From Thermomicrobiales bacterium (GTDB lineage: Bacteria > Chloroflexota > Chloroflexia > Thermomicrobiales > CFX8): a stretch of DNA of 64,000 nucleotides. The notes under the pieces were generated by a model. The model saw only the letters and a program-made list of their open reading frames with translations. It had not been told where the DNA came from and ran no database searches. Every line of letters begins with the position of its first letter. Position 1 is the stretch's first letter. Shown piece by piece: positions 55,199 to 64,000 of the stretch. The position numbers and the translations under genes are program-made. The stretch lies in NCBI GenBank assembly GCA_023954495.1, contig JAMLIA010000006.1:4097-68096 (forward strand), in the 5' to 3' direction.

Positions 55199-55356
55199 GA
55201 TACCCCTTCCCCATGGCGGGATGCACACTCACAGGCATCACGATGCCATGACCGCATGAGTGCGACAATGACCATATGTCGCAAGCGGACCAAGCGCCGC
55301 CTACGAGGAATGTCGCAGATTTTGAGGACTACCGGCGATCCTGAGGGGTGCGTCGG

Positions 55357-55689
55357 CTATTGCGCGCGCACCCGAACCATCATCAGATTCGGGGCAACGT
55401 CCGTAATTGGCGCATCTTCCCAGCGTGCGCCACGCCCTGCAAACAGCTCAACGATGGCACGAATGTCGCTCCGGGACACGCGCCCCATCAACGCCATGTC
55501 GAACGCGATCATCCAGCACGGTCCGCCCGGCGTATCGGGAGCAAACGCCACTCCAATGCGTTGGCGGCCAGGAACTTCGACCCAGTAGACACGATCACGA
55601 TCGACGCCGACCGCTTCACGGTACGGCAATGCGCGCGCAATTGCGGCGATTTCACTGGCCACTGTCTGATTGATTTCCTGGACGACCAT
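55357..55689 (-). CDS. Hypothetical protein
   Basis: 110-aa ORF with codon usage that fits the genome. No recognisable motif. Confidence 0.4.
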   Translation of the reverse strand: MVVQEINQTVASEIAAIARALPYREAVGVDRDRVYWVEVPGRQRIGVAFAPDTPGGPCWMIAFDMALMGRVSRSDIRAIVELFAGRGARWEDAPITDVAPNLMMVRVRAQ

Positions 55690-55831
55690 CGGCGCTGGCG
55701 TGGTGTGCTCCTCTCAGCCTGAACTGTTCACATCCTGGTCGCGTGCCATCGCTGTCGGGGAATAGGCTGCAACCGGTCGCGTTGCAGCAGGTGTACGCGT
55801 CCGGCGACGATCCTACACCAAGGGAGTACAT

Positions 55832-56428
55832 ATGACGGCAGCAGACCTTTGGGATTCTGCGATGGAAGTTGACGATTACGTCAACAGCATGGCGGTGAAT
55901 CGCGATATCTTCGGCGATCGAATCGAGACGACGCAACTGACTGACGAACAGCTCCATGCGTTCAACGACGACCCGGTCAGGATTCTCGTGCTGACTGAGG
56001 ATTTCTGCGGTGACTCGGCGCAGTTCATCCCGCCGGTTGCGCGGCTCGCACGCGAGTCAGCCGACGTGGATGTGCGGATTCTTCGCCGCGATGAGCATCG
56101 TGACCTCGCCGCCTCCTACCTGCGCAAGGATGGCTACCAGGCGATTCCGGTGTTTATCCTGCTCGATCGAGACGGCAGCGAGCGTGGGTATGTCATCGAG
56201 CGACCGCAGGTTGCCTACGACGACATGGCCGCCGAGACGCGCCGGTTCGCAGCCGCTCATCCTGAGCTTGAGGGTGCTACCCGCACCTACGACCGGATGC
56301 CTGACGATACGAAGGTGGCAGTGCGCCAGAACATCGAGGGCTTCCGGGAGCAGCGCACAGTGGCATGGGTCGCGGCACTGTTTGAAGAATTGCGGCAGGC
56401 GGCGAAGACTCCTTCATCGGTGGTCTAG
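55832..56428 (+). CDS. Thioredoxin-fold family protein (CxxS variant)
   Basis: 198-aa ORF. The VLTEDFCGDSAQFIP motif and ..YQAIPVFILLDRDG.. match the thioredoxin-fold layout. An AAGGGAG RBS lies upstream. Confidence 0.6.
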   Translation: MTAADLWDSAMEVDDYVNSMAVNRDIFGDRIETTQLTDEQLHAFNDDPVRILVLTEDFCGDSAQFIPPVARLARESADVDVRILRRDEHRDLAASYLRKDGYQAIPVFILLDRDGSERGYVIERPQVAYDDMAAETRRFAAAHPELEGATRTYDRMPDDTKVAVRQNIEGFREQRTVAWVAALFEELRQAAKTPSSVV

Positions 56429-56524
56429 ATTCTGGCGATGCCTGGCGACATCAGTCGCTGCGCGTGACGTGTATGCTCTACAGCGGTTGTCATATCGACG
56501 ACTCGGAGCAACCGCGCGAGGTAC

Positions 56525-57946
56525 ATGAAACGACGCCGTCTTCCTAATCAATACCTTTCAACGACGGTTCGCCGACGCGGTCGCGTCGCTCAGCCGCGCT
56601 ACCCGCTGCCCCGCTCCAAGGGCGCGCGTTCGTACGCTTCGGACGTTGAGTCGAGTGCCGCCAAGCCGGATCTCGGCCAGACGATGCGCTTGCCCGCGTT
56701 TCTGCGGGCTGCACGGCGTCGACAACCGCGCTCGGTCCGCGTCATCGCCACAGTTCTGCTGCTGTTCCTGCCGCTGGTAATGGCCATCTGGGCCGCGTCG
56801 GTCGTTGTGCCGATCGCTATTGAGGCGCGCAACGCAGCCGGCAAGGTCTTCGTGACCCCAGTAGAACGCGAGCACTTCGCGGACGCGACTGCCCCGCCGC
56901 CTGTAGAACCAGAAGCGACCGCGACCTCGCCGGCCGCGACTGGCACGACGATAGCCGCCGCAGCGACCAGCACGGCTGAGCCAGATGCGACGGCGACACA
57001 GCCCGGCCCGACGCCGACCGCCTACCCTGAATGGGACGGCACGCAGCCGATCAACATCCTGCTGCTCGGCGTTGATGCGCGTGAGGGCGAAGAGGGGCCA
57101 CCGCGCAGCGACACGATGATCGTCGTGCGAGTGGATCCGGTCAACAAGCGTGTTGACATGATGTCGATTCCGCGTGACCTGCTGGTTGAGATCCCCGGGT
57201 ACAGCGCCACGAAGATCAACGCGGCCTACCCGTATGGGGAAGTAAACGAGAACATCCCCGGCGGCGGTCCGACTCTGGCAGCACAGACAGTCGAATACAA
57301 CTTCGGCATCCGGATCGACTTCTTCGCCGAGGTCGACATCATCGGTATGGAGCGCGTCATCGACACGCTAGGCGGCGTCATCATCGACGTGCCTGGCATT
57401 GTCAAGGACGACCAGTATCCGACCGGCGACTACGGCTACACGCGGGTCTATTTCACGCCTGGATTGCAGATGATGGACGGTCCGACTGCCGTGCGCTACT
57501 CGCGCACGCGCCACGACGACGGCGACTTTGCCCGCCAGCAACGCCAGCAACAGGTCCTGATGGCGATTCGTGATCGGGCGATTGGCACCGGCGCGGTGAC
57601 CAAGATCCCGGAGCTTCTGGCTGAGGTCGGCGACTCAGTCCGCACTGACCTGTCGCTGCGCCAGATGCTGTCGCTGGCCCGATTGGGTCAGGAGATCGAC
57701 CAGGCGAATATCTATTCGCACTCGCTGGCTCCCTATGTCGAGGAGTCCTGGATCGATGGCGGCTATTACCTTGTTGGTGACTGGGACTCGCTGCGGTATC
57801 TGGCCGGGAACCTGCCGGATGACACGAACGCAACCCGCCCGATGGATTCCAATCAGGAGCAGCGATCGACCCCAACCCCGACCCCGACCGCGTCGGAAGT
57901 GACGCCGACGGAAACGCCAACGCCGTCGGATCAGCTCGAACCCTGA
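56525..57946 (+). CDS. LCP-family (LytR-CpsA-Psr) cell-envelope phosphotransferase
   Basis: An N-terminal TM anchor is followed by an A/T/P-rich linker. The LCP core reads INILLLGVDAREGE..RSDTMIVVRVD...MSIPRDL..INAAY. The C-terminus has a TP-rich tail. Confidence 0.85.
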   Translation: MKRRRLPNQYLSTTVRRRGRVAQPRYPLPRSKGARSYASDVESSAAKPDLGQTMRLPAFLRAARRRQPRSVRVIATVLLLFLPLVMAIWAASVVVPIAIEARNAAGKVFVTPVEREHFADATAPPPVEPEATATSPAATGTTIAAAATSTAEPDATATQPGPTPTAYPEWDGTQPINILLLGVDAREGEEGPPRSDTMIVVRVDPVNKRVDMMSIPRDLLVEIPGYSATKINAAYPYGEVNENIPGGGPTLAAQTVEYNFGIRIDFFAEVDIIGMERVIDTLGGVIIDVPGIVKDDQYPTGDYGYTRVYFTPGLQMMDGPTAVRYSRTRHDDGDFARQQRQQQVLMAIRDRAIGTGAVTKIPELLAEVGDSVRTDLSLRQMLSLARLGQEIDQANIYSHSLAPYVEESWIDGGYYLVGDWDSLRYLAGNLPDDTNATRPMDSNQEQRSTPTPTPTASEVTPTETPTPSDQLEP

Positions 57947-58740
57947 GTATCCTCGGAGTCCGACGATTCTGTGTGCTGATGAACCCAGTCGCGAGTGACT
58001 GACCGCGCACGGGCGATGGCAGAAGCGGCCCGGGTGGCAGCCTGACCAGCCTTGTCTCCGGCGAATCGGCGTGCGAACTCGACGCTCTCGCGAGCCGTTG
58101 CCAGGTCGACATCAATCTGATCGCGGGTGAGCCCGGCCTCGGTCAGATGTTCCGCCACAACCTCGGGCGATGCCTCGCGACTCCAACGGCTCAGCGTGCC
58201 AAGCACCGGCAGGATGCCGATGACCTTGGAGATGAGCGGAAAGCCGGGCACGAATCGGAGCGGTAATGTCGACGGCGCAGTCGATCGCGTTGCAACCTGT
58301 CGGGCCGCCTCAGGCATCGGGCTGACGCGCTCGTCCAGCGCGAGCGATCGGGCCAACGAGATGTAGGCGGGCGCGCGTCGCATCAGTCCGTTGGCGCGGG
58401 TGCGCAGGTCGTCCGGTTGAGTCAGCGCCGAGCGAACCGCCGCCGCGATATCGGCCTTGGCAATCTGCTCGCTGTCGTACTGGACGAGCACACCATCGTC
58501 GTTGGCGTCGCTGGCGAGAATGCCGCCTAGCACGCTGACCGTCGCGGCCACGGAGCGCCGATCTGCATCGGTGTCGCGGGTTGAGCCTACCGACTCATCC
58601 CAGGTCCAGGTCATCAGCAACTGGTTCTCACCGCGTTGCTCTGCCCAGACACGAATACGTGACTCGCCTGATGTGCCGCTCACGTCAACCAAGGTCTCCC
58701 GTATCTCGCCAATACCGCCTGTCGTAATCCTATCGCGCAC
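57931..58740 (-). CDS. Hypothetical protein
   Basis: 269-aa ORF lying divergent to rpiA. Its 3' end overlaps the LCP gene by 16 nt. No recognisable motif. Confidence 0.45.
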   Translation of the reverse strand: MRDRITTGGIGEIRETLVDVSGTSGESRIRVWAEQRGENQLLMTWTWDESVGSTRDTDADRRSVAATVSVLGGILASDANDDGVLVQYDSEQIAKADIAAAVRSALTQPDDLRTRANGLMRRAPAYISLARSLALDERVSPMPEAARQVATRSTAPSTLPLRFVPGFPLISKVIGILPVLGTLSRWSREASPEVVAEHLTEAGLTRDQIDVDLATARESVEFARRFAGDKAGQAATRAASAIARARSVTRDWVHQHTESSDSEDTQGSS

Positions 58741-58785
58741 GGCGGACGCGATGCGTGGCTCATGGCGTTGCAGTATCCTGCTGCC

Positions 58786-59499
58786 ATGAACATTGATGAA
58801 CGAGTGTTACAGAACACGGAGAACAAACAACGGGTCGCTGAGGCGGCTGCTCGACTCGTGATGGACGGTATGCGCGTCGGGCTGGGAAGCGGCTCGACCG
58901 CCGAACTGTTTGTGCGCGAGCTCGGTCTGCTGGTTGAGCAGGGGCTGCGGCTCCATGCTGTCGCGACGTCCGAGCGCACAGCGGAAGCAGCGCGCGCGGT
59001 CGGGATCATTCTGGAGGAACTTGAAGCACCGCTCGACATTGCGATCGATGGTGCGGACGCCGTGGATCGGCACGCGCTGGGTGCCATCAAGGGGTTGGGC
59101 GGTGCGTTGACCCGCGAGAAGATCGTGGCGTTGGCAGCCCGAGAGTTCGTCCTGATTGTTGACGAGTCGAAAGTCGTCGATCGGCTGGCCGACGCATACG
59201 TTCAGGTGCCGGTTCCCGTCGAGGTGCTGCCATACGGCTGGAAGCTCACTGAGCGCCGCCTGGCCAATCTCGGGACACCGGTTGTTCGTGTGCGTGGGGA
59301 TGAGACGTTTATCACCGACAACGGCAACATGATCCTTGACCTCAACACGCCGTCCGTGGATGATCCGCAGAAGCTTGCAGTTGAGCTCGGTTCGATAACA
59401 GGCGTCGTTGAGCATGGCCTGTTCCTGAACATGGCGCAACGGGCAATTGTCGGGTCAGCCGATGGTGTGATTGAGCTGCAGGTGAGCAAACAGAACTAG
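58786..59499 (+). CDS. rpiA: Ribose-5-phosphate isomerase A
   Basis: Motifs: VGLGSGSTA, IDGADAVD and KGLGGALTREKIV. Confidence 0.9.
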   Translation: MNIDERVLQNTENKQRVAEAAARLVMDGMRVGLGSGSTAELFVRELGLLVEQGLRLHAVATSERTAEAARAVGIILEELEAPLDIAIDGADAVDRHALGAIKGLGGALTREKIVALAAREFVLIVDESKVVDRLADAYVQVPVPVEVLPYGWKLTERRLANLGTPVVRVRGDETFITDNGNMILDLNTPSVDDPQKLAVELGSITGVVEHGLFLNMAQRAIVGSADGVIELQVSKQN

Positions 59500-59609
59500 G
59501 CGGGCCGCACGAGCCACACCCGCGGGCATCGAGCGCGGTGTGGCAGAGGTCGTCGGTCGCCCAACAATCGGAACACGCGAGGGGGGATAAGTTGACGCAA
59601 GAGGTTGGC

Positions 59610-60449
59610 ATGCGCTTTGGCATCGTCAGCGGGACGCGGAAGCCGTTTCCGGAGCTCGTCCAGCGCTGGCAGGAGGCCGAGTCGCTCGGCTTCGACACGG
59701 TCTGGGTTACAGACCACTTCATCACCGGCGACGAGCCGGGTAAAGATCTTGAGCCGATTTACGAAGCGTGGACGGCCATCGCCGGTCTCGCAATGGCGAC
59801 CTCGACAATCCGATTCGGTGTGATGGTCACCGGGAATACGTATCGCAATCCGGCCCTGCTGGCCAAGCAGGCGGTTACGATCGATCACATCTCAAATGGG
59901 CGTCTCATCCTGGGCATTGGCGCGGGCTGGTGGGTGCGTGAGCATGATGCCTACGGCTATGACATGCCCGGGAATCGCGAACTGGTCGATCGTTTCGAGG
60001 AAGCTCTGGAGATCATCACCCGTCTGCAGGAAGACGAGCGCGCGACCGTCAAGGGCAAGTACTACTGGGTGAACGACGCGCCGTTCGAGCCGAAGCCGAT
60101 CCAGAAGCCGCACATCCCGCTCATGATCGGATCGTCCGGCCCACGGATGCTCCGCCTGACGGCGAAGTACGCCGACGAGTGGAATACACGCGGTCCTGTT
60201 GAGACGATCCAGCCGCGGCTGGAAGCGCTCGACCGTGCGCTCGTTGATGTTGGACGTGACCCGAAGACGATCGTGCATTCGGTCTGGCCGGTCGGCGAGA
60301 TGTGGACGTCTGTCGATGATGTCAAGAAGATGATCGTCGAGTATCAGGCAGCCGGTTTCACCGAAGTGATCTTCTCCTGGCCCGGTGACGAGTATGTTGA
60401 AGTGATGCACGAAGTCACTCGCGACGTGCTTCCTGCGCTACGCGGGTAG
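59610..60449 (+). CDS. LLM-class (luciferase-like) flavin/F420-dependent oxidoreductase
   Basis: Motifs: MRFGIV.., GFDTVWVTDHF and RLILGIGAGW. ATG 59610 lies behind an AGAGG RBS. Confidence 0.85.
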   Translation: MRFGIVSGTRKPFPELVQRWQEAESLGFDTVWVTDHFITGDEPGKDLEPIYEAWTAIAGLAMATSTIRFGVMVTGNTYRNPALLAKQAVTIDHISNGRLILGIGAGWWVREHDAYGYDMPGNRELVDRFEEALEIITRLQEDERATVKGKYYWVNDAPFEPKPIQKPHIPLMIGSSGPRMLRLTAKYADEWNTRGPVETIQPRLEALDRALVDVGRDPKTIVHSVWPVGEMWTSVDDVKKMIVEYQAAGFTEVIFSWPGDEYVEVMHEVTRDVLPALRG

Positions 60450-60472
60450 TCACCGCAGCTTCTTCGGACAGG

Positions 60473-61145
60473 ATGGGCGTCGTGTCAAATCGGACGCGGT
60501 TGATCGATATCAGCGTCGCCATCTACCCCGGCATGTGCCAGTGGGTCGGCGAGGAGATCGTGGCGACCGACGTGCTGTCGCAGACTCCTGGCGATGTTGC
60601 CAACGTTACCCGGATCGTCATGACCAGCCACACTGGCGTCCGATCCACCGCGTCACTGTGCGCGGCGGCCCGACTGTCGATCAGGTTCCGCTCGATCGCT
60701 GGATCGGTCCGTGCTGGGTTGCGGACATGGCCCACGTCAGGGACGAAGTCACCGCCGACGATCTGGTTAATGCAGAGATTCCTGCTGACACGTTCCGCCT
60801 GCTGCTGAAAACGAGCAACTCCATCCCTTTGGGCGGCGATCCCGGACACGTTCAGCGATCTTCGTCGGCCTCTCGCTCGATGGGGCCGAGTGGGCCGTAG
60901 CCAATGGCATCAAGCTCATCGGCATCGACTATCTATCAATCGGTCCGTTCCACACGACAGGCACCGAGACGCATCTTGAGCTGCTGGGCAACGACGTCAT
61001 CATCGTTGAGGGGCTTGACCTTCGCGAAGTCGAAGCCGGTGAGTACGAACTCCTGTGCATGCCGTTGAAGCTGCGCAATGGTGATGGTGCACCGGCCCGC
61101 GTTGCATTGCGCGGGCCGCTAGATCCGTTTATGGACGACGAGTGA
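60473..61145 (+). pseudogene. Putative cyclase / kynurenine-formamidase-family gene broken by at least 2 frameshifts
   Basis: The N-terminus (..IDISVAIYPGM...MTSHTGV) is in frame 2. The middle (..GGPTVDQVPLDRWIGPCWVADM...LLLKTSNS) is in frame 1. The C-terminus (FVGLSLDGAEWAVANGIKLIGIDYLSIG...VIIVEGL) is in frame 3 and ends at TGA 61143..61145. Confidence 0.7.
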
Positions 61146-62313
61146 TCAGCCGCTCTGCAGCTGCGTCGATCGTCTCGAGCTTCTTGGCGAAGCAGAATCG
61201 CGCCAGTGGCGGGGCGGTCGCGGGATCGAGATAAAACGCCGACGGCGGGATCGCCGCGACGCCAACCTCTCGTGCCAGGTAACGGCAGAACTCAACATCA
61301 TTATCAAAGCCCCACCGGGTGATGTCCGCCAGCAGGAAATAGCTTCCCTGGCACGCCAATGGATCCAGCCCAGCATCGGAGAGCGCCGCTCGGAGACGAT
61401 CGCGTCGAGCGGCGTATTCGTCGTGCAGCGTCTGATAATAGCCATCACGTGACGCTTGCTCGATCGCCTCGGCCATCGCTTCCTGAAATGGCGTCGCGGT
61501 CGCGAAGACAATGAATTGATGCGCGGCGCGGATTGCGGCATTCAGTCGGGCCGGTCCAATCGTATAGCCGATTTTCCACCCGGTCATAGAGAACGTCTTG
61601 CCGGTCGAGTTGATCGTTAGTGTCCGCTCGGCCATGCCGGGCAGAAGTGCAATTGGCGTGTGCTCGATGCCGTCAAAAACGATGCGATCGTAGACCTCGT
61701 CGCTTAGCACGATGACATCGTGCTCGATGCAAAGCGCCGCAATCGCTTCCAGCTCCGGCTTCGAAAAGACCTTGCCGGTCGGGTTGTGCGGATTGTTGAG
61801 TAACAGCAGGCGTGTCCTGGGGGTGAACGCCGCACGCAGCGCGTCGGTGTCGAACGACCAATCCGGCGGATTCAGGCGCACGACTCGCGGGACGGCACCG
61901 GCCATGACGACATCGGCAACATAGCCATCGTAGAACGGCTCGAAGAAGATCGCCTCGTCGCCGGGATTGAGGAACGCCATCATCGCCGCGAACAGCGCTT
62001 CGGTTGCGCCGGTCGTGACCGTGATCTCGCTGTTGGGGTCAATCTCCTGGCCGAATCGCGCGTGCCAGTCGGCGGCGATGGCAGACCGAAGTCGCGGTGT
62101 GCCGTGGCTGGGTGCGTACTGGTTGTGGTCGGCGGCGATCGCTCGCGCGGCGGCCTCTTTCACGAACTCCGGCCCGGCGAAGTCCGGGAATCCCTGCCCG
62201 AGATTGATCGCCTGATGTTCGGCGGCCAACTGGCTCATCTCGGTGAATACTGATGTCCCAAACTGAGCGATTCGCTGTGCGCCTGCTGTCTCCACAACCT
62301 CCCCTTTCCGCAT
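61129..62313 (-). CDS. Class I/II PLP aminotransferase (YbdL/kynurenine aminotransferase-like)
   Basis: Motifs: NLGQGFPDF, the PLP-lysine region NSTGKTFSMTGWKIGY, and LNNPHNPTG. Confidence 0.9.
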   Translation of the reverse strand: MRKGEVVETAGAQRIAQFGTSVFTEMSQLAAEHQAINLGQGFPDFAGPEFVKEAAARAIAADHNQYAPSHGTPRLRSAIAADWHARFGQEIDPNSEITVTTGATEALFAAMMAFLNPGDEAIFFEPFYDGYVADVVMAGAVPRVVRLNPPDWSFDTDALRAAFTPRTRLLLLNNPHNPTGKVFSKPELEAIAALCIEHDVIVLSDEVYDRIVFDGIEHTPIALLPGMAERTLTINSTGKTFSMTGWKIGYTIGPARLNAAIRAAHQFIVFATATPFQEAMAEAIEQASRDGYYQTLHDEYAARRDRLRAALSDAGLDPLACQGSYFLLADITRWGFDNDVEFCRYLAREVGVAAIPPSAFYLDPATAPPLARFCFAKKLETIDAAAERLITRRP

Positions 62314-62399
62314 CCCTCGGCAGTATAGTCTGCGAAACAGCAAAACAGAGCAGCCAATGGGCCGCCCTGTTGCATCTTGTCCGAGGTTTCGCCGAGTCG

Positions 62400-62906
62400 C
62401 TACATTCTATCGTGGCGATACTTCCCCACCGACCGACTCGTACCGCTTTCGGGGATGTCGAAGACGAGCCAGAGCAAGCGCACGACCGCCCAGGTGATGA
62501 TTGCGATCAGGACCATGGCGAACACCGCAGCCGTGTCGAGAACGCTTCCACCGCTCGACGGATTGGTGAAGATACCGTCGAACGGTCGGACAAACGGATT
62601 CGTAAAGCGATTGACAAAGTTCACGAAACCGTTGGCCGTGTTCGCTTCAAACAGCAGGAACACGATCCGAAGAGCCATAATGATGGCGATCAGGCTGCAG
62701 AAGAACCACAGAATGTTCTCGATCCGTAACAACAGCGCTCGTCGACCGGTAATGTGATCGATGATCACATCTTCACGAACTGAGTGCACTTCATCCACGT
62801 GCGGTTCTCGAACGTAGGCAGTGGTCTGCTCAACAGATCGCTCTCTGTGTGGCGACACGTCGTCCGTGCTGATTCGCTCTTCATCGAAGGGTCGATTTGA
62901 TGCCAT
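62400..62906 (-). CDS. yggT: YggT-family membrane protein with an acidic N-terminal extension
   Basis: 168-aa ORF. The C-terminal ~100 aa hold two TM helices flanking NFVNRFTNPFVRPF, a YggT-like motif. Confidence 0.65.
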   Translation of the reverse strand: MASNRPFDEERISTDDVSPHRERSVEQTTAYVREPHVDEVHSVREDVIIDHITGRRALLLRIENILWFFCSLIAIIMALRIVFLLFEANTANGFVNFVNRFTNPFVRPFDGIFTNPSSGGSVLDTAAVFAMVLIAIITWAVVRLLWLVFDIPESGTSRSVGKYRHDRM

Positions 62907-63055
62907 GCGAGTCCTCCCATTACGTCAACCAGCAGCCGTCGTTGGACGACTGACAGTTCTGTATTGGCAGGCGGCGTGCCACGTCGCGAATGGGAATTAT
63001 GGCAAGAGCCGGTCGCGGTAAACGCGACCGGCTCTCAGTTGAGTGAATTGAATGC

Positions 63056-64000
63056 TTAGTTACCTGTCGAGCGAGGAATTGGCACGTCGATGATGGTCGG
63101 GCCGGTTCGCTCGAACGCATCTCGAATGGCGACGGCCATCTCTTCAGGTGAATTGGCCCGGATGCCGGGGATGCCATAGGCGTCGGCCAGCTTCACGTAG
63201 TCCGGGTTCACCAGGTCGGTCGCCATCACCTTGCCGGAGAAGCTGTGCTGCATTGCGCCTTCGACAGCGGTGTAGGTCGAGTCGTTGAAGATCACGATCG
63301 GGACCGTGACATCAAACTGGATCGCTGTCGCCAGCTCCTGCATCGTGAACTGGAATCCACCGTCGCCAACGACTGCGACGACCGGCGTATCGGGCCGACC
63401 GATCTTCGCGCCGATGGCCGCCGGGACGGAGAACCCGAGCGTGCCGAAGTTCGACGGGAAGAGGTACGTTCGCGGGTGATACACCGGGAACGCATCGTTC
63501 ATGCGATAGCTCATCATTGTCATGTCATGGACGATGATGCCCTCTCGCGGCAGTACGTCGCGCATGGCATCAACGTAGCCGCCGTAGACTGCGTCGGCGC
63601 GAACGTCACGAATGCGATCCCGAACGGCAGCGACCTCGTCTGTAGTCCAGCGTGGCGCGACATCGCCACGTGCTCGCACGGCTTCGAGCAGCGACTCGGC
63701 AGTTGCGCGCGCGTCGGCGACGATACCGATTTCCGGATTTGGATAGTTCAGGTTGATCTCTGATGGATCGATGTCGACGCGGATCATCCGGGATGGCAGC
63801 GGCATCTTCCAGTAGTTCGTCTCCTGCGCACCGAGCTTGGTGCCGATTACAAGCACCAGATCCGACTCCTGCAGGATGTCGTCTGCCGGATTTTCCCCAC
63901 CCCACGGGTCCCAGGCGTGGCCGAGCGCATACGGATGATCGTCTGCGACAACACCCTTGCCCATGACTGAGCAGATGACCGGCGCGCCGATCAGCGACGC
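63056..64000 (-). CDS. Thiamine-pyrophosphate-dependent enzyme (acetolactate synthase large-subunit family); 5' end lies outside the window
   Basis: The TPP-binding motif reads VGDGGFQFTMQELATA...IVIFNDSTY. The frame stays open through nt 64000 (..ASLIGAPVICSVMGKGVV..). Confidence 0.85.
   Translation of the reverse strand, partial: ASLIGAPVICSVMGKGVVADDHPYALGHAWDPWGGENPADDILQESDLVLVIGTKLGAQETNYWKMPLPSRMIRVDIDPSEINLNYPNPEIGIVADARATAESLLEAVRARGDVAPRWTTDEVAAVRDRIRDVRADAVYGGYVDAMRDVLPREGIIVHDMTMMSYRMNDAFPVYHPRTYLFPSNFGTLGFSVPAAIGAKIGRPDTPVVAVVGDGGFQFTMQELATAIQFDVTVPIVIFNDSTYTAVEGAMQHSFSGKVMATDLVNPDYVKLADAYGIPGIRANSPEEMAVAIRDAFERTGPTIIDVPIPRSTGN

Noticed and set aside
1-64000. Search for CRISPR arrays, tRNA/rRNA genes, IS elements, integrases and prophage genes
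   Set aside because: I saw no short direct repeats with regular spacers, no tRNA-like T-arm or acceptor signatures, and no transposase, integrase or recombinase-like translations in any frame. I scanned by eye only, so small elements could have been missed.

Overview
High-GC, densely coding bacterial chromosome segment with about 55 protein genes and strong GGAGG-type ribosome-binding sites. I found no rRNA, tRNA, CRISPR array, transposase or integrase. The gene content (BNR-repeat protein, LAL-type LuxR regulator, LCP protein, GT87 glycosyltransferase, LLM oxidoreductase, PolX-PHP) suggests a Terrabacteria lineage such as Chloroflexota/Thermomicrobia or Actinomycetota; this is inference only. 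Most of the window is housekeeping or metabolic. It holds a sugar ABC importer, an operon of methyltransferase, rhodanese, small subunit, amidase and MFS transporter, and an ABC-2 exporter. It also holds peptidoglycan enzymes (LysM-SLT, LD-carboxypeptidase, LCP), an lpd-E1alpha-E1beta-E2 2-oxoacid dehydrogenase operon, peptidases, aminotransferases, ctaA and rpiA. The observations most worth follow-up are these. (1) A two-domain rhodanese has an in-frame TGA exactly at the catalytic cysteine codon, followed by a SECIS-like hairpin, so it is either a selenocysteine candidate or a very recent pseudogene. (2) A roughly 9.7 kb block lies between a ChlI/MoxR-like AAA+ ATPase gene and a VWA-protein gene, two genes I would expect to be adjacent. 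The block carries a 1028-aa LAL regulator, a 1685-aa surface protein with four 453-nt tandem repeats, and a lipoprotein. (3) A roughly 200-nt rod-shaped hairpin between convergent genes may be a 6S-like RNA or a MITE. (4) A GatC/AtzG-like micro-ORF is translationally coupled to an amidase. (5) The PolX polymerase active site looks degenerate while its PHP domain is intact. (6) Several genes are broken by closely spaced frameshifts. (7) An orphan N-terminally truncated VirB11/CpaF-like ATPase lies divergent to a GT87 membrane glycosyltransferase, with a SWIM zinc-finger protein next to it. All functional calls come from reading motifs in the translations; no database search was run.
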